DNA of 64,000 nucleotides from Thecamonas trahens ATCC 50062 (taxonomy: Eukaryota; Protista; Apusomonadida): the NCBI RefSeq assembly GCF_000142905.1, contig NW_013657669.1:248001-312000 (forward strand), read 5' to 3'. Positions 10,322 to 22,300 of this stretch are shown here, in pieces. Under the pieces are notes generated by a model that saw only the letters and a program-made list of their open reading frames with translations, was not told the origin of the DNA and ran no database searches. The position numbers and the translations under genes are program-made. The first letter of the stretch is position 1; each line of letters begins with the position of its first letter.

Positions 10322-11299
10322 ATGCAGAGTACAGAAGCTACCGACATGTCTTCCAGCCACATTGCGGCACTGGATGCGACGCTCGGTGACGTTATGACCG
10401 TCCCAGAAAAGCTCATCGAGGTTCGGCACGACACCACGATCGAGCAGGTTCTCGCGCTCATGGCCAAGTACGGCGTGACGTCAGTGCCTGTGCGGGCAGC
10501 CGGCGATGCGCAGACGCCCGGTGACTCAACCGAGTGCATCGGAATCATCAACCTGGTGGACATTGTCGCGTTTTGCGTCTTTGCCATCGCAGAGGGCGAC
10601 GCCTACCTCCGTGTTGATCTCTCTAACCTCGAGAGCATGGACGCGCCTGTCTCAGACATCCTCGGCGCAGTCTCGTCCGAGGCCAGCTCGGCGTGGTCGT
10701 TCAAGACGTATCCTGCAGCAGCGCACATCAACGACGTCATGTATCCGTTCTGCGCAGGTGTCCATCGTGTCCTCATCTCGACCGGCGCTCCCGGTGCCGA
10801 AGGCCTCGTCTCGCAAACCGACATTGTCCGCTTCCTCCACGCCCACAAGGCTGAGCTTCCCGACGAGCTCCTCGCGTCGCCGCTCCTGCCGCACAAGGGC
10901 ACGCCCGTCACCATGTCTTCGGACCAGCGCGCCCTTGTCGGCTTCCGCAAGATGGTTGTCATGGATCGCTCGTCGGTCGGCATCGTCGACGACGCAGGCG
11001 TCCTCGTCGGCAACCTCTCGCTCTCGGACCTGCGCGGCATCAACAAGTCCAACTTTGCCTCACTCGCAGACCCGGTCCTCGACTTTCTCGCCTCTCGCGC
11101 AGAGGCCCACACCCCGCGCCCGCTCATCAAGGCTGCGCCCGAGACCTCGCTGGGCGACGTCATCGACCTCCTTGTCGCTGAAAAGGTGCATCGCGTCTGG
11201 CTCGTCGACGAAGCTGGCAAGCCGCTCGGCCAGCTCTCCATGTCGGACGTCCTCCTCGCTTTCACCGACCTCTCGCTTCCGCTTGTTGTCCCCGAGTAG
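10322..11299 (+). CDS. Four-CBS-domain (two Bateman module) protein, AMPK-gamma/SDS23-like
   Basis: CBS repeats VTSVPV..CIGIINLVDI, GVHRVLI..LVSQTDIVRFL, SSVGIVDDAGVLVGNLSLSDL, KVHRVWLVDEAGKPLGQLSMSDVL. No catalytic domain. Confidence 0.88.
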   Translation: MQSTEATDMSSSHIAALDATLGDVMTVPEKLIEVRHDTTIEQVLALMAKYGVTSVPVRAAGDAQTPGDSTECIGIINLVDIVAFCVFAIAEGDAYLRVDLSNLESMDAPVSDILGAVSSEASSAWSFKTYPAAAHINDVMYPFCAGVHRVLISTGAPGAEGLVSQTDIVRFLHAHKAELPDELLASPLLPHKGTPVTMSSDQRALVGFRKMVVMDRSSVGIVDDAGVLVGNLSLSDLRGINKSNFASLADPVLDFLASRAEAHTPRPLIKAAPETSLGDVIDLLVAEKVHRVWLVDEAGKPLGQLSMSDVLLAFTDLSLPLVVPE

Positions 11300-11760
11300 A
11301 GGCTGCCCGCCCTCAGCTGCCCCGTCGTCTTTTTTCCTCGGCTGTCCTCGTCCTGCTTTTAGCGTTGTGCGTGGAGGTCCATCATCCTGACACAAGCACA
11401 TGCTACCTCCCTTCTCCAGCCTGGCCGCTAGACCTCTGAACAAATCCCCCTTTCACGATGACACACATCCCCAAGCGCATCCCTCTCACACCCTCACGTC
11501 TCCTGTTGGGTGCCGCCCTTTGACTTGAAGTATTTTTTGCACCCCTCCACCCCCCCCCCCCCTCCCTTTTTTTTGCGCCATCGACCAATATCGAGCAATT
11601 TTCTGAGCGTGGACAGCCCCACTCCTCCCCCCCCCCTCCCCCTCACCCCCTCCCTTCCCTCCGGTGTCACCACCAACTTATCGTCCACCTCGTCTACTCG
11701 CACACGCCCACCCGCACACACTAGCACACTCCTCTCACAGCGTCCCCACAGACATTGGCC

Positions 11761-14700
11761 ATGGGCACCGGGTGCTCACGGGCTGGGTCGGTAAGACCGG
11801 GGGTCGTCCGCCTGACCACCGCCGGCAGCAGGTACGAGGCTCCGAGCCGCCGCCACAGAGCCGGCGCGTTGGTGGCCTCAGCAGCGAGGTTACACCCCGC
11901 GACGGACGTCGACACTCGGGCTGGAGGGGAAGCCGCCGCAACCAAGTTGCGCCTGTCCACGACCAAGTTCAAGACTCGGTTTACAATGCGGCAGCCGCCG
12001 CAAGAGGTGGCGTTGGGAGCGCCGGCCAGCTTCGCAGCGGCGGTGAGCAAGCCGGAGACGACGCCAGACAAACGAATGTAGAACTGGACAGCAACATTGG
12101 TGGCGCCGGTGCTGGTGGTGAAAGAAGCCAAGCGGTTGACGGCTCCTGCCGTCATGGACATGCGCAGAATGGCTGTGTCTCGCCGCGATCCGAGCATGTT
12201 TCCGACTCGCTGGACCGATCCGGCTCGAGCTCAACCATGAGGCGGAGGGCGCGGCGGGCGGCACAAAAACAGCGCACGCCACACACGCCAACGGCCTCAC
12301 CTCGCCATACACCTCGGGTGGAATCGCAGGCTCGGTCTCTGTCGCCACCGTCGCCTCTCTGGTCTCCAACACCACCGCCAGCTCGTTCAACTCGGCGCGG
12401 GCGTCCAATACGTCGTCGCCGATGGGCTCGGCGCGCCCACGCAAGGAGGGCTCCCTCAAGAGCATTGCTGAAGCTGCCATACTTGCGGCTGGGGGCAACA
12501 GCGAAGCCACGCTCTCCTCAACCATCAAGAGCACCGGTAACTCACTCCTTGCGCCGTCGAGCGACCTCTTCGCCAAGTCTGCGTCGTCTGACGCCATCTC
12601 GGTCTCTGAACGACAGACTGACATGTCCAAGACCCGCTCCAGCTCGTACTGCGGTACCGGGCAAGGCTCAGACACCGGTCCTGCTGAGCCGTCGTCGCCA
12701 TCGTCGTCACTCATCCTCTGCGGGCGAGCGGTGACACCTCCGCTCGTGGACCAAGTCCCGCTCATCGCCGCCGCACCCATGATTTCGCTCCGTGCGCCGT
12801 CGCCATCGCGGTCAGTCTCGCGCTCCCCGCCGCATTCCCACTCACAATCGCCGTCCTACTCGCGATCGCTCTCGGCCCGGGGCGATGTCCGTGAAATGTC
12901 CGACTCGGACTCAGGCTCAGACCTGATGTTCCCAATCTCTGAGCCGAACACCATCCACGAGACATGTAACAAGCTCGACTCCGGAGGTATTGACGTCTCG
13001 GCTCGGCTGCACCTCTCCTCGTCTTTATCTTCATCGTCATCATCCCAAGTGATGGCAGCAGGATCGTCGTCGTCGTCGTCGTCGCTGTCGTCGTCGGACC
13101 TCGTGTCGGGCCTCACATCGTCAACCTCGTCGCTTACACCAACCATGTCGTCGGTACTGACATCATCGTCATCGTCGTCTGACTCCTCGTCCACCGACTA
13201 CGACTCGCTCTTTGACTCGTCTGGCGACGAGAGCAAGGTGAACGGCGTAGCGACAGTTGCCGCTGACGCCGCCGACACCAGCGCGACCAGTGCATCGCTC
13301 ACAAGCTCACAATCCAGTGACTCTGGCACTGTAGCCGGCAGCACGCGGCGCGGGTTTCCCTCGCATCACATCCGACTCCTGGGTCTCGACCTTGACTCGG
13401 TCTCGTCGTCGTCGTCAGCGCCGAGCTCAGACGATGTCATGTCACTGGCAAGCCCGGTCTCAGTCACGCTGGACATCCAGCCTGCGCCGGCGTCTGCGGC
13501 GGAACGCATGCACGACTTGCTCTGGCTCTTGGTTCCGCTCCTTTCCACCCGTCGGCATGCGTCGGCAACATCATCTTTCTCTTTCTCTCCGAGTCGGCCA
13601 TCTCGAGCCAGTCAACCACGAGCTCGGGCTCGTCAACAACCGGCTCGTCAACGACGGTGACAACGCTGTCGCTTGCGGCAAGCAATGCGCCGGCTGCAGC
13701 GCTGCCGCCGAGCGGCAAGACGGCCCCGGTGGCACCCAGCATTTCGCCGCTGACCAACATTATGAACCATGTGCTCGGCATCGTGGTCTCGGAAGCGTCG
13801 CAGGATGCCTCGCACTCGATCCACTCGTCGACGGGATCGTCACCACGGAGCCGCGGGGTGCCGATGCTCTCTGTCACGCCCACGTCGCCGTCGTCGATGT
13901 CGCTGCCGAGAGCCATCTCGCCGCGGCACAAGCTCCTCTCGGCGCTGCCGTCGCGTTTTGGCTCGGGCTCATCGGCCTCGAGCTCGCGGTCGCTCATGCG
14001 TTCGTTCTCGCGAATGGACTCGTGGTCGTTCATGTGGCACCTTTCAATGCTCTCGCTCGAGTCCGTCTCCTCGGGCTCTTCGGGATCGTCCGGCATCCAG
14101 CATATGGCGCGGTCGTCGCTGGAGCGCATCATCACTGCCCACGATCGGGCTCAAGCGCGGCTCGTCGAGTTTGTCGTCAAGGATGCCGCCGATCTGGACA
14201 CCATGTCCGACCCTGGTACAGACGTTGAGCCGCTCGACCACTCGCCGATTGTCGACCTTGACGTTGTTCGTGCCCTTTTTACCGCAACCTCGTCGGGCTT
14301 TTCGCCCCCCGGCGCCGCCGCCGGTGCCTCGCAGGCGCTACTGCATCCGCGGCAACGGGCGCCGACGCTGCGCGACATCCACAAGGCCCGGCGAGCGCAG
14401 CTCGCCAGCCAGCGGTCCGTCGAGCTTGCGCCGTCGGGCCCGGGCTCCCGTCGCGCCTTTGTCAACTCGATCAACCTGACATTGTCGGCTGACCTCACCG
14501 AGCTCCTCACCGAGCCGACCGGCTCGGTTTCAATGACCTCGCTCGCCGCCGGTGACGAGCCGACGACCTCGGAGGCCTCGCCGCGTGACTCACCGCTCGC
14601 CTCCTCGCACGCTTCGCACTCTTCGGGGGGCGCGTTGCCGTTCTCGCTGATGCCGCCGCGCCCACCCTCGCTTTCATTCGCCTCTGAGACCGCAGTCTCG

Positions 14701-15753
14701 TTGCTTCTGCCGTGGAAAAAGGGTCTGATGCGTGGACGGCGGTATGCGCGTCCGCCGCCATCGGCCACGGTCGCTCAACCGGGCTTGGCCAGCGATGGCC
14801 TCCCGCCGCCGCCTCCGCCGTCGCCGCTGCCTGCCCCGTCGAACTCGTCAAGCCTGGCACCGCCCGTATCCAGTGCCCCAAGCCCATCGCCATCTTCCTC
14901 GCTCTCGCCGAGGCCGCGGCTGTTGCCGTCGCCAATGACGCCCAGCGATGAAGGAAGGCGGCCAGTCTCGACCATCCTTATCCACTCGAGGTCGTTTACT
15001 TACAAGCAGTCGCGGCCCGAGGATGACAGCGTGTATTGCGCCGGCCCGCCGCCACGGTTCCGGAAAGGCAAGCGTGACCGAGCCCGTGAGCGGCGAGTCG
15101 TCTCCGCCATCACCTCGCCGGCCAAGCACTTTGGCTCGCTGTATCCCGGTTCGGAGCCGCTGCCCGCCGAGACTGCGCCCGTGAGCTCCGACAACGGCGA
15201 GCAAGAACCAGTCAAGGGCCGTGAGGCTCAGCTCCGAATGCGGTTCGAGAAGCACGAGGCCGCGGGCTTTGTCCGCTCGCCTCTCGCCAAGCGCTCGGCG
15301 CGGACATCGGCGGCAACCCGTGACCATTGGGAACGCAAACTCGCGTCACTCGGTCGGCTTCCGTCGTATGACAAGTTTACTGCGCCGGCCAAGCAGGCCT
15401 CTCAATCGGGCCCTCTGCTCGCTCCGCCTGGCTCGCAGCGAGCTGATCTCTCATTGTCGGAGCTCGATAACTCGTCGGCCTCGTCCGTCGCCGGCGGCAG
15501 CTCGCTCGAGGGTCTTGCTGGCGGCATCTTTGATCCCGAGTCAGTCGACCTTGTCGAGCTTGTCGAGCTCTACCAGGCCAACTTGGACAAATCGTTGGCT
15601 CAGCTCGAGTCGCTTGCGTCGGTTGGAACCAAGGTCGTGGTCTCGATTTCCGGCACTGCCACCGAAGTCCCACATGACATCATCACCATGGCCCATAGGT
15701 TCACCCTTCTCCTCTCTCGGCACCTGGCCAACATTGACCCTACTTGCCTTTGA
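11761..15753 (+). CDS. Large Ser/Pro-rich disordered protein, probably one gene with three apparent single-base deletions (~11801, ~12267, ~13583)
   Basis: The ATG at 11761 gives MGTGCSR (N-myristoylation/palmitoylation-like). Adding one base at G5 (11799-11803), A5 (12265-12269) and a T3 (13576-13584) links ORFs 11755, 11664, 12422 and 13657 into one frame. Confidence 0.5.
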
Positions 15754-15757
15754 TTTG

Positions 15758-16999
15758 CTACCCGGAAACAAACAAGCGGCCGTCGGCCTTGCGGGTGACA
15801 GTGATGACCGGCGAGGGAGGCGATACCGGCGGCGATGATGGCTGGCGCCGCTTGCGCGGCGGCGTCGAGCCAGAATCCGGCGTCCGCCGTCGCTTGGCTG
15901 GCGCCGTTGGTGACGCAGAGCCAGACCTCGCGAGCGTGGCAGTGAGGAGCCGCGCTGCCTTGCGCCGGAGGCCGACAGTCCGCATCGGCTGGAGACGGAC
16001 AGTCGGGAAGACTGCTGCAGTCGGTGGTGATGACGGCGGCGGCGGCGGCGGCGGGAGAAGGAGCAGCGGTGGCGAGGGCAGGGTGTGGGTGTCGAGACTC
16101 AGCTCGGCCGGGCTCGGGGCATCGGGCTCAAACTCGAACGGAACAGGGCCGCCAATGGCGTTGTCGTCGTCTTGTGGCTCCGCGTTTGTCGTCCACGCTG
16201 CGAGCTGGAGGCTATGCTGTGGTGGAGGGAGGCGGGCACGGAGGCGGACAACCCTCGGCCCGGCCTCGCTTACCACCGCTAGCTGCAAGGCGCTGAGGCC
16301 GCCGGGAACTACCGCTAGTGGCGCGGCGCCGAGGTGGTGGGCAAGGACAGCGGCGGCGGCGGCGCGGCCTGCACGCGCCAGAGCGTCTCGGGTCTTCGCC
16401 GTGATGAAAGTGACGCATGCGCCCGAGAGCGTACGCATCGCGCTTGCCGTCACCCGCACAATCGCCTGTGGGTAGACACACGGCCAGTCTCCCGCGACAC
16501 GGCTTGGCAAGGCGAGAATCGCAAGGTGGAGGACGCTCGCCGGCGACCCCGCGCCCGACGCCGGCGACCGGCCGTCGAAGAAGAGCGCGTCGAGCTCGTC
16601 GCGCCCGCGCCGGCGGGCGGCCACAAGGCCATGGACCGCAGCTGCTGTGCCTGGCGCATCAAGCAGTGAGAGTCGGATAAACCCAACCAGACACTGGCCC
16701 ACTTGCTGTCGAATGCCGGGCGTGCCGGCAACCGAGGTGCGGACAACGGTGCGCCGGCGGGGGGCGTGGCGGCTTTTTCCTGCTGCCGGTTGATCGCGCC
16801 ACTGATCACGCCCTTTTCCTGTCATTGGGTGATCACCGGCAAGATCAACCTGGCCGGCAGGCCCGGCGTCGCTAGAGCCGGCAGGAAGATGTACGCGCAA
16901 GGTGTGGGATGGCGCAAACGGGAAGCTAGCTCGATTGGCACGGGCGCCCGCCATCGGCTCAAGGTAGATGATGTTGTCGATGCGTGCAAACGTAGCCAT
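15758..16999 (-). CDS. Hypothetical protein (Pro-rich C-terminus with basic NLS-like PAKRRR/PRKRR)
   Basis: A 413-aa ATG ORF that fills the space between its neighbours. No family recognised. Confidence 0.5.
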   Translation of the reverse strand: MATFARIDNIIYLEPMAGARANRASFPFAPSHTLRVHLPAGSSDAGPAGQVDLAGDHPMTGKGRDQWRDQPAAGKSRHAPRRRTVVRTSVAGTPGIRQQVGQCLVGFIRLSLLDAPGTAAAVHGLVAARRRGRDELDALFFDGRSPASGAGSPASVLHLAILALPSRVAGDWPCVYPQAIVRVTASAMRTLSGACVTFITAKTRDALARAGRAAAAAVLAHHLGAAPLAVVPGGLSALQLAVVSEAGPRVVRLRARLPPPQHSLQLAAWTTNAEPQDDDNAIGGPVPFEFEPDAPSPAELSLDTHTLPSPPLLLLPPPPPPPSSPPTAAVFPTVRLQPMRTVGLRRKAARLLTATLARSGSASPTAPAKRRRTPDSGSTPPRKRRQPSSPPVSPPSPVITVTRKADGRLFVSG

Positions 17000-17115
17000 G
17001 TCGGGCCTTGATCCGAGTGCAACGGAGAGAGCAGTGGCAAGTCGGAGGTGGTGATGACAATCTGTGTTCAGTCTGTGTTCAATGTTTCGTAGGCGCGGGG
17101 GGAGGGGGGCGACGG

Positions 17116-18295
17116 TCAGCAGTTGCAGTCACAATCACCGCAGTCGCAATCGCCACAGTCGCCGCAGCCGGAGAGACAGTCACAGTCAACCTGGCCGAGG
17201 CCGTCGCAGCAAGAAGAGCAGACGTCGCCGCACGAGCCGAAGAGCTGACCGAGAAAGTCACACATGTCTGCCGGGATGCGGAGCAATGAGTCGCAGCACG
17301 ACGAGCAGCAGCCCGAGTCATCGGCAGCCGAGCACGGGGCGGTGCACGGCTTGCAGATGATGTCCAGGTCACAGCAACCGGAGCAGTCATCGGGAGTCTG
17401 GCAGTTGAGCGCAAGGCAGAGGCAACAGTCCGAGTTGTCTGCGCAGAGCGCGCAGTCGTCACAACATCCATTGCAGCATCCGTCGCCGTCGCCATTGTTG
17501 TTGTTGTTGCTGCCACCGTTGTCGGAACTGACATAGCAGTAGCAACCAGAGCAGCACCCGTCGTCCCAGTACGTGTCGTCCGAGGTCCATACCTGCCGAT
17601 GCCGATGCGCCTTGTGGCTACAGTTCCCACATCGAGTCGATCGATACACCCGTGTCCGACCCTGGCGGTTAAAGCTGGTGCAATGGCATCCCGCAACCCT
17701 GCACGAGCCTCTGTACACACACGCCCGACCAGATCGCACCGCCCACGCCCGACCAGCCCGCAGCACACACACACGCGCGATGTGAGTGCTTCCACCACAG
17801 AATGGCGCTAGTAACCGTACCCCCCCCCCTTGACACAACCACGCCCCCCGCCTGCCGCCGCCATGGTGAAGGGAGGGAGGAGGGGAAGGGGGAAGGGAGG
17901 AGGGGAGGAGGGGAAGGGGGGGAAGGGGGGGGGGGGGGGCATGGAAGGGAGGGAGGGGACGGAGGGGAGGGAGGGAGGGGCGCAGGTGCTCGCGGGGGTT
18001 GGTGCGTTTCGCAACAAAAGGCCAGCGAGAAGGGGGATAATCAATGGGTGACAATAAAAAGACTGTTCCAAGCATGGCGGCGCGTGGGCAGCGTGAGGTG
18101 GGGAACGTACTGGTTGGTGCGGCGGTAGCGGCCCTTGTGTGCTGTAGGGCCTCCGTACTGCGGGCCCGAGGACATGTACATGGGTGGAGGTGGGGATGTG
18201 AACGTCTGTGGACCGCCTGGCTGGTACCCCCCTTGCGGTGGCATAGGTGCGTATGGCGGGGGTGCCCCCGGTGGCGCACTCGGTGTAAACGACAT
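17116..18295 (-). CDS. Pro/Tyr-rich and Cys/Asp-rich (metallothionein-like) protein, exons 18111..18295 and 17116..17710, about 259 aa
   Basis: Phase-2 intron 17711..18110 (CA|GTACGT ... TACAG|A). Exon 1 reads MSFTPSAPPGAPPPYAPMPPQGGYQ. Exon 2 has about 43 Cys and ends CGDCGDCDCGDCDCNC. Confidence 0.8.
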
Positions 18296-18420
18296 GCCGC
18301 TGCGCCCGAGACGAGTTGCCGACCACAACCGCAACAATGGAAGGCAGCGAACGATTGCGTCGAACGACCGGTAAGAGTGCTCACCCATCACTCTCAGCTC
18401 ACGTCCCAGCCCCATCCCCA

Positions 18421-18440
18421 CACACACATACAGACACACG

Positions 18441-18482
<42 letters not shown>
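18421..18482. repeat. (CA)n microsatellite in a short divergent promoter
   Basis: Read directly from the sequence. Confidence 0.9.
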
Positions 18483-18483
<1 letters not shown>

Positions 18484-18495
18484 CTACGTGTAACC

Positions 18496-19377
18496 ATGCT
18501 TCGACTCTCTCCTCAACTTCCGTCGCTCGGACGATGGATGGCCCGGACGCTGTCGTTTGTCCGCCCGCCACCACCAAAGCAGCCCCCGCAGGATCCGACG
18601 ACACCGCCGCCACCGCCAGATGCTGGGACCCGGAACGTGGCGGTGGGTGTGGCACTTGCTGCTGCGCTCCTCTGCGGACCGCACTATCTTGAGCACCACA
18701 ACGTGTTTACCGATGCGAGCAAAAACCCCGACGAGGTCGACAAATACGGCGAGATCGTGTCCAAGGGCTCGCTGTGGAACGGACCGAGCCTCGGCGCGCC
18801 GCCGGTCGACCGCCCTCTATGGGCCCAAGTCCTCCGCCGCGATCTCGTGGTCAACTACCTGGTCCTCCGCCTCGACGACGGCTCGCGTTCACTTTACGCC
18901 TTTCCGCCGTCGTCGGATGTCAACGCCATGGCCGAGGCCTCGGTGCCGGATGCAGGCGTTGGCGACGTGCCCGAGCCACCGTTCCCGCTCGGCGCCACCG
19001 TCGTCCTCCACCAGGACGGCGCCGACAAGACACCACTAGTGGCTGTCGACGCCGCGCTCCGGCCCTCGGGCAGGGACCTTCTGGCAGACGTTAATCCCGC
19101 TCACTGGCGCGCCCTCGATCCGCGCATGCCGTGGGAGTACTACGGCGTCATCGCCATCGCCGTCGCCGGCTACATGGCCACCTTTGCCAAGCGCGGCGCG
19201 TCCGGCTCGTACGGCCCGCTCGTCCTGTACCCGCTGCTTGGCACCTGGTTGGCGGCGTGGGCGCTGACTCCAGCCCCGGCGCTGCATCCCTCGGTCGTGG
19301 CCGAGCTTGAGGCAATCAAGGCTGGCGTGGCGCTTGCTGATGCGGCCGGCATCGAGGCCGCGGCCGTTGAGCAGTAA
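18496..19377 (+). CDS. Hypothetical membrane protein with a possible mitochondrial presequence
   Basis: The Arg-rich, acid-free N-terminus MLRLSPQLPSLGRWMARTLSFVR is followed by three hydrophobic segments. GC3-rich codon usage. Confidence 0.65.
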   Translation: MLRLSPQLPSLGRWMARTLSFVRPPPPKQPPQDPTTPPPPPDAGTRNVAVGVALAAALLCGPHYLEHHNVFTDASKNPDEVDKYGEIVSKGSLWNGPSLGAPPVDRPLWAQVLRRDLVVNYLVLRLDDGSRSLYAFPPSSDVNAMAEASVPDAGVGDVPEPPFPLGATVVLHQDGADKTPLVAVDAALRPSGRDLLADVNPAHWRALDPRMPWEYYGVIAIAVAGYMATFAKRGASGSYGPLVLYPLLGTWLAAWALTPAPALHPSVVAELEAIKAGVALADAAGIEAAAVEQ

Positions 19378-19391
19378 GCCTGCGCATCTTT

Positions 19392-22300
19392 TCACAGCGA
19401 GGATACAGTCGACGTCGAGCCCGAGTGGGTGCCGATACCAGCGACGGGCTCTCCAGACTCACCGGCGGCGAGCAAGGGCTCGTCGTCGTCGGACGAGGTC
19501 ATGGGGAAGTTGTTGGCGATGGCGTGACGGAGCGCCGTGTTGCGCTCCATGCGGCGGCGGAGCTCGGCCATGCGCTCGGTGACAGCCTCGTAGGAGAGCG
19601 CGTTTTCACGGCGGACAGCCTCGTAGTGGGTCTCGAGCGCGCGGACGTCGAGGTCGGGATTGACGGCGGCGAGCCAGCCCTTGACGACCTTGCGCTGGCG
19701 GGCAATTTCCGAGTAGCGCGTCCACCAGTTGGAAATGATCTCCACTGCCAGGTACTCTTCCATCATCCACACCACGTCGTTGTCTTCGAGGCGCTGCATG
19801 ACATTGGCGAGCTCGCCCTCGAGCACCCGCTCGATCGAGTCGTCACCCTCGGCAATGGCAACCGCGACAGAGGCCTCGGCGTCGCCGCTTGTCCCCGGCC
19901 CGGCCTCGGTCTCCTTCTGCTCCAGCCGCTGCATGATCGACATCTTGACCTCGGGCATGGCCTGGTCGGCTGACTCGCCCGTCGGCGAGGTGAGAACGGG
20001 AAGGGCGAGAAACGCGCCGCCGGCCGCATTTCGCCCGTCGCGGCCCTTGGACTGCAGAATGACCGGTGCCGGCGCGTGCGGCGTGGCCGCAGACGAGACC
20101 AGCGCCGCCAACGAGGCCACCACCGACGACCGCCGGTTCGCACGCGCTGCCCGCGGCAGTGGTGCCCGTGGGTCCAGTACGTGGGCCTCGGCGTAGACGT
20201 TGAGCGATTCGAGCGAGATCGCCTCGTCGCCTAGCGGTGAAAGAGGCGTTGCAGGCCCGGCTGACGACCGGAGCTCGGCGATCCTCGTTCGGTGCGCCGC
20301 GTGGAGCTCGGCAACGCCGCGCCGCGACGAAAGTAGCGCGTCGGTGCGAGAGACCTGGTCTGGGTGCTGGGCATGCGCCTTTGAGTAAGTGTGCCGCACG
20401 CCGGTGTCGACCGCCAGCGCCGCCATGTCGCGACGCCCGACGCCGGCGCCGGTGTCTGCAGCGGCGTGCGCTGCGCCGACGTCGACCGCCAGCTCCGAGT
20501 CGTTGAGCGGGAGCAAGGTCGGGGTGGTGGCGGCGTGACCGCCAGCCGACGACTTGCTGTGCGGGGCTTTGGCCAACCGCTCGCTAGCGATGCGGAAGCG
20601 GACGAGCGAGTTGAGGACGTGGTTAAACTCGACCGACGGCGGAAACGGGCAGATGTTGCCAAAGCGGACGCCGAGAAACCGCTTCTTGCCCGAGTTGACA
20701 CGGATCTGGAGGCGGAGCGCAGCCGCGGCACGCAGTTGGTACCGACGCGAGAGATAGCGCGACCAGCCGAGCGGCTCGCCAATGTCCATCATGAGGCGTA
20801 CAAACTCCGATGCCAGGATACGGTTCGACGCCGTGGGGTCGTACTTGGACCAGACTTCGCGAAAGTGGCGGATCGAGTCCTTGTGCTCGGGCGTGAGGTC
20901 AAAGGCCGAGTTGTCAAAGTTCTCGAGGATGATGGCGAGCGCAAGGTTGAGCAGCACCATGCCGCCGATGACGAGAAACGAGATAAAGAAGAGCGGGGCG
21001 AGCTCAGAGCCACAGTTGCCGGCCGCCCGCGAGCAGTGCGGCGGCTGGACCGACGCGCCGCGCATGACAACGTTCCACACGTCGGCGGTGACGAGCCGGT
21101 AGAGTGTGAGCATGGCCATCGGGAACGACGAAAAGTTGGCGTGCGGCTCGAGGCCCATGCCGCCCTGCACCACACGCCCAAAGAGCTGGACGCCGAGGAC
21201 AGCGTAGATGAAAAAGACGACAAAGAGGAGTGAGCCAACATTCCAGATCACTGGCAGCGTGTAGAGGAGGGTGGTAAAGAGAGCGTTGAGTCGCCTCGAG
21301 CGCTTGCCCAGCCGGAGGAGGCGGCCGAGGCGGACAATGCGGACTACCGATGAGCCGAGGCCTGGCGCGAGGAAGAAGCCGGCGATGGAGACAACAACTA
21401 GCGCGAGGTCGAACCGGTCCCAACCGTCAGACATGTACATCGGAAAGCCGTAGGCGATGATTTTGAGCGCGGCCTCAAGGGCGAATAGAACGAGAAAGGC
21501 AACGTTGAGGAGGTAGAGCGCGTCAGTGAGTGCTTGAGGCTGGCCCCAGTGCTGCAGACACATGATGGCGCCGTTGGCGACAATGGCCGAGTTGATGAAA
21601 AAATCAAACCACGGATGGAGGACAATGACGTACGCGCCGGCGCGGAGCGGCGACTGTGGGATGATGTACACCGGGATGGGCTGGGTGATGGAGAGAATGC
21701 GGCGAGTCTGCGACCACTCGCGCTGAGCGGCGGTCATAAAGACCACACCCTCGGCAGTCTGGCGGGTGCGGGTGTAGTTGTCGATGAGGACGCCAATGAA
21801 GAGATTGATGACAAAGAACGAGCCGACAACAATGAAGATGACAAAGTAAGTGATGGCCCAGAGGTTGGCGTCCTGGACTGGCTGTAGGCCCACGCCGCGG
21901 GCGTCGACGCCGGCGCGTGCCACGTCGATCCAACCGACGAGCATGGCGACTTCCATAAGCGACTTGAGCGCTTCGGGGAAAGAGTCAAACGAGAACGGTG
22001 GGTTGGTCCATTGCCGCGCTACTACTGGCGGCGGGAGTGCCACAAACGCGCCCATTGATGCGTTGTAGACCGACGAGCCGGCCGATGTGTCGACAAACGA
22101 GCCGACGCACTGCGAAATGACAGAGACTGCCGTGTCGTTGCACCGGTAAAACGAGCCCGAGAAGATCTGGACGCCAACAATGGCAAAGACGGACCAGAGG
22201 ACAAAGCAGACGGCGGCAACGTTGGCAACTGCGGGCAGCGAGGCGTAGAGCGAGTAGACGACAACTCGGATCTTTTCAGATCGCACAATGAGCTTGAGCG

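Noticed and set aside
7516-11299. Cystathionine gamma-lyase next to a 'CBS' gene as a transsulfuration cluster
   Set aside because: The neighbour has only regulatory CBS (Bateman) domains and no PLP-dependent cystathionine beta-synthase core, so the link is in name only.
12079-12081. In-frame TAG as possible stop-codon readthrough or a variant genetic code
   Set aside because: It is explained by an upstream frame slip. TAA, TAG and TGA all terminate well-conserved genes in this window.
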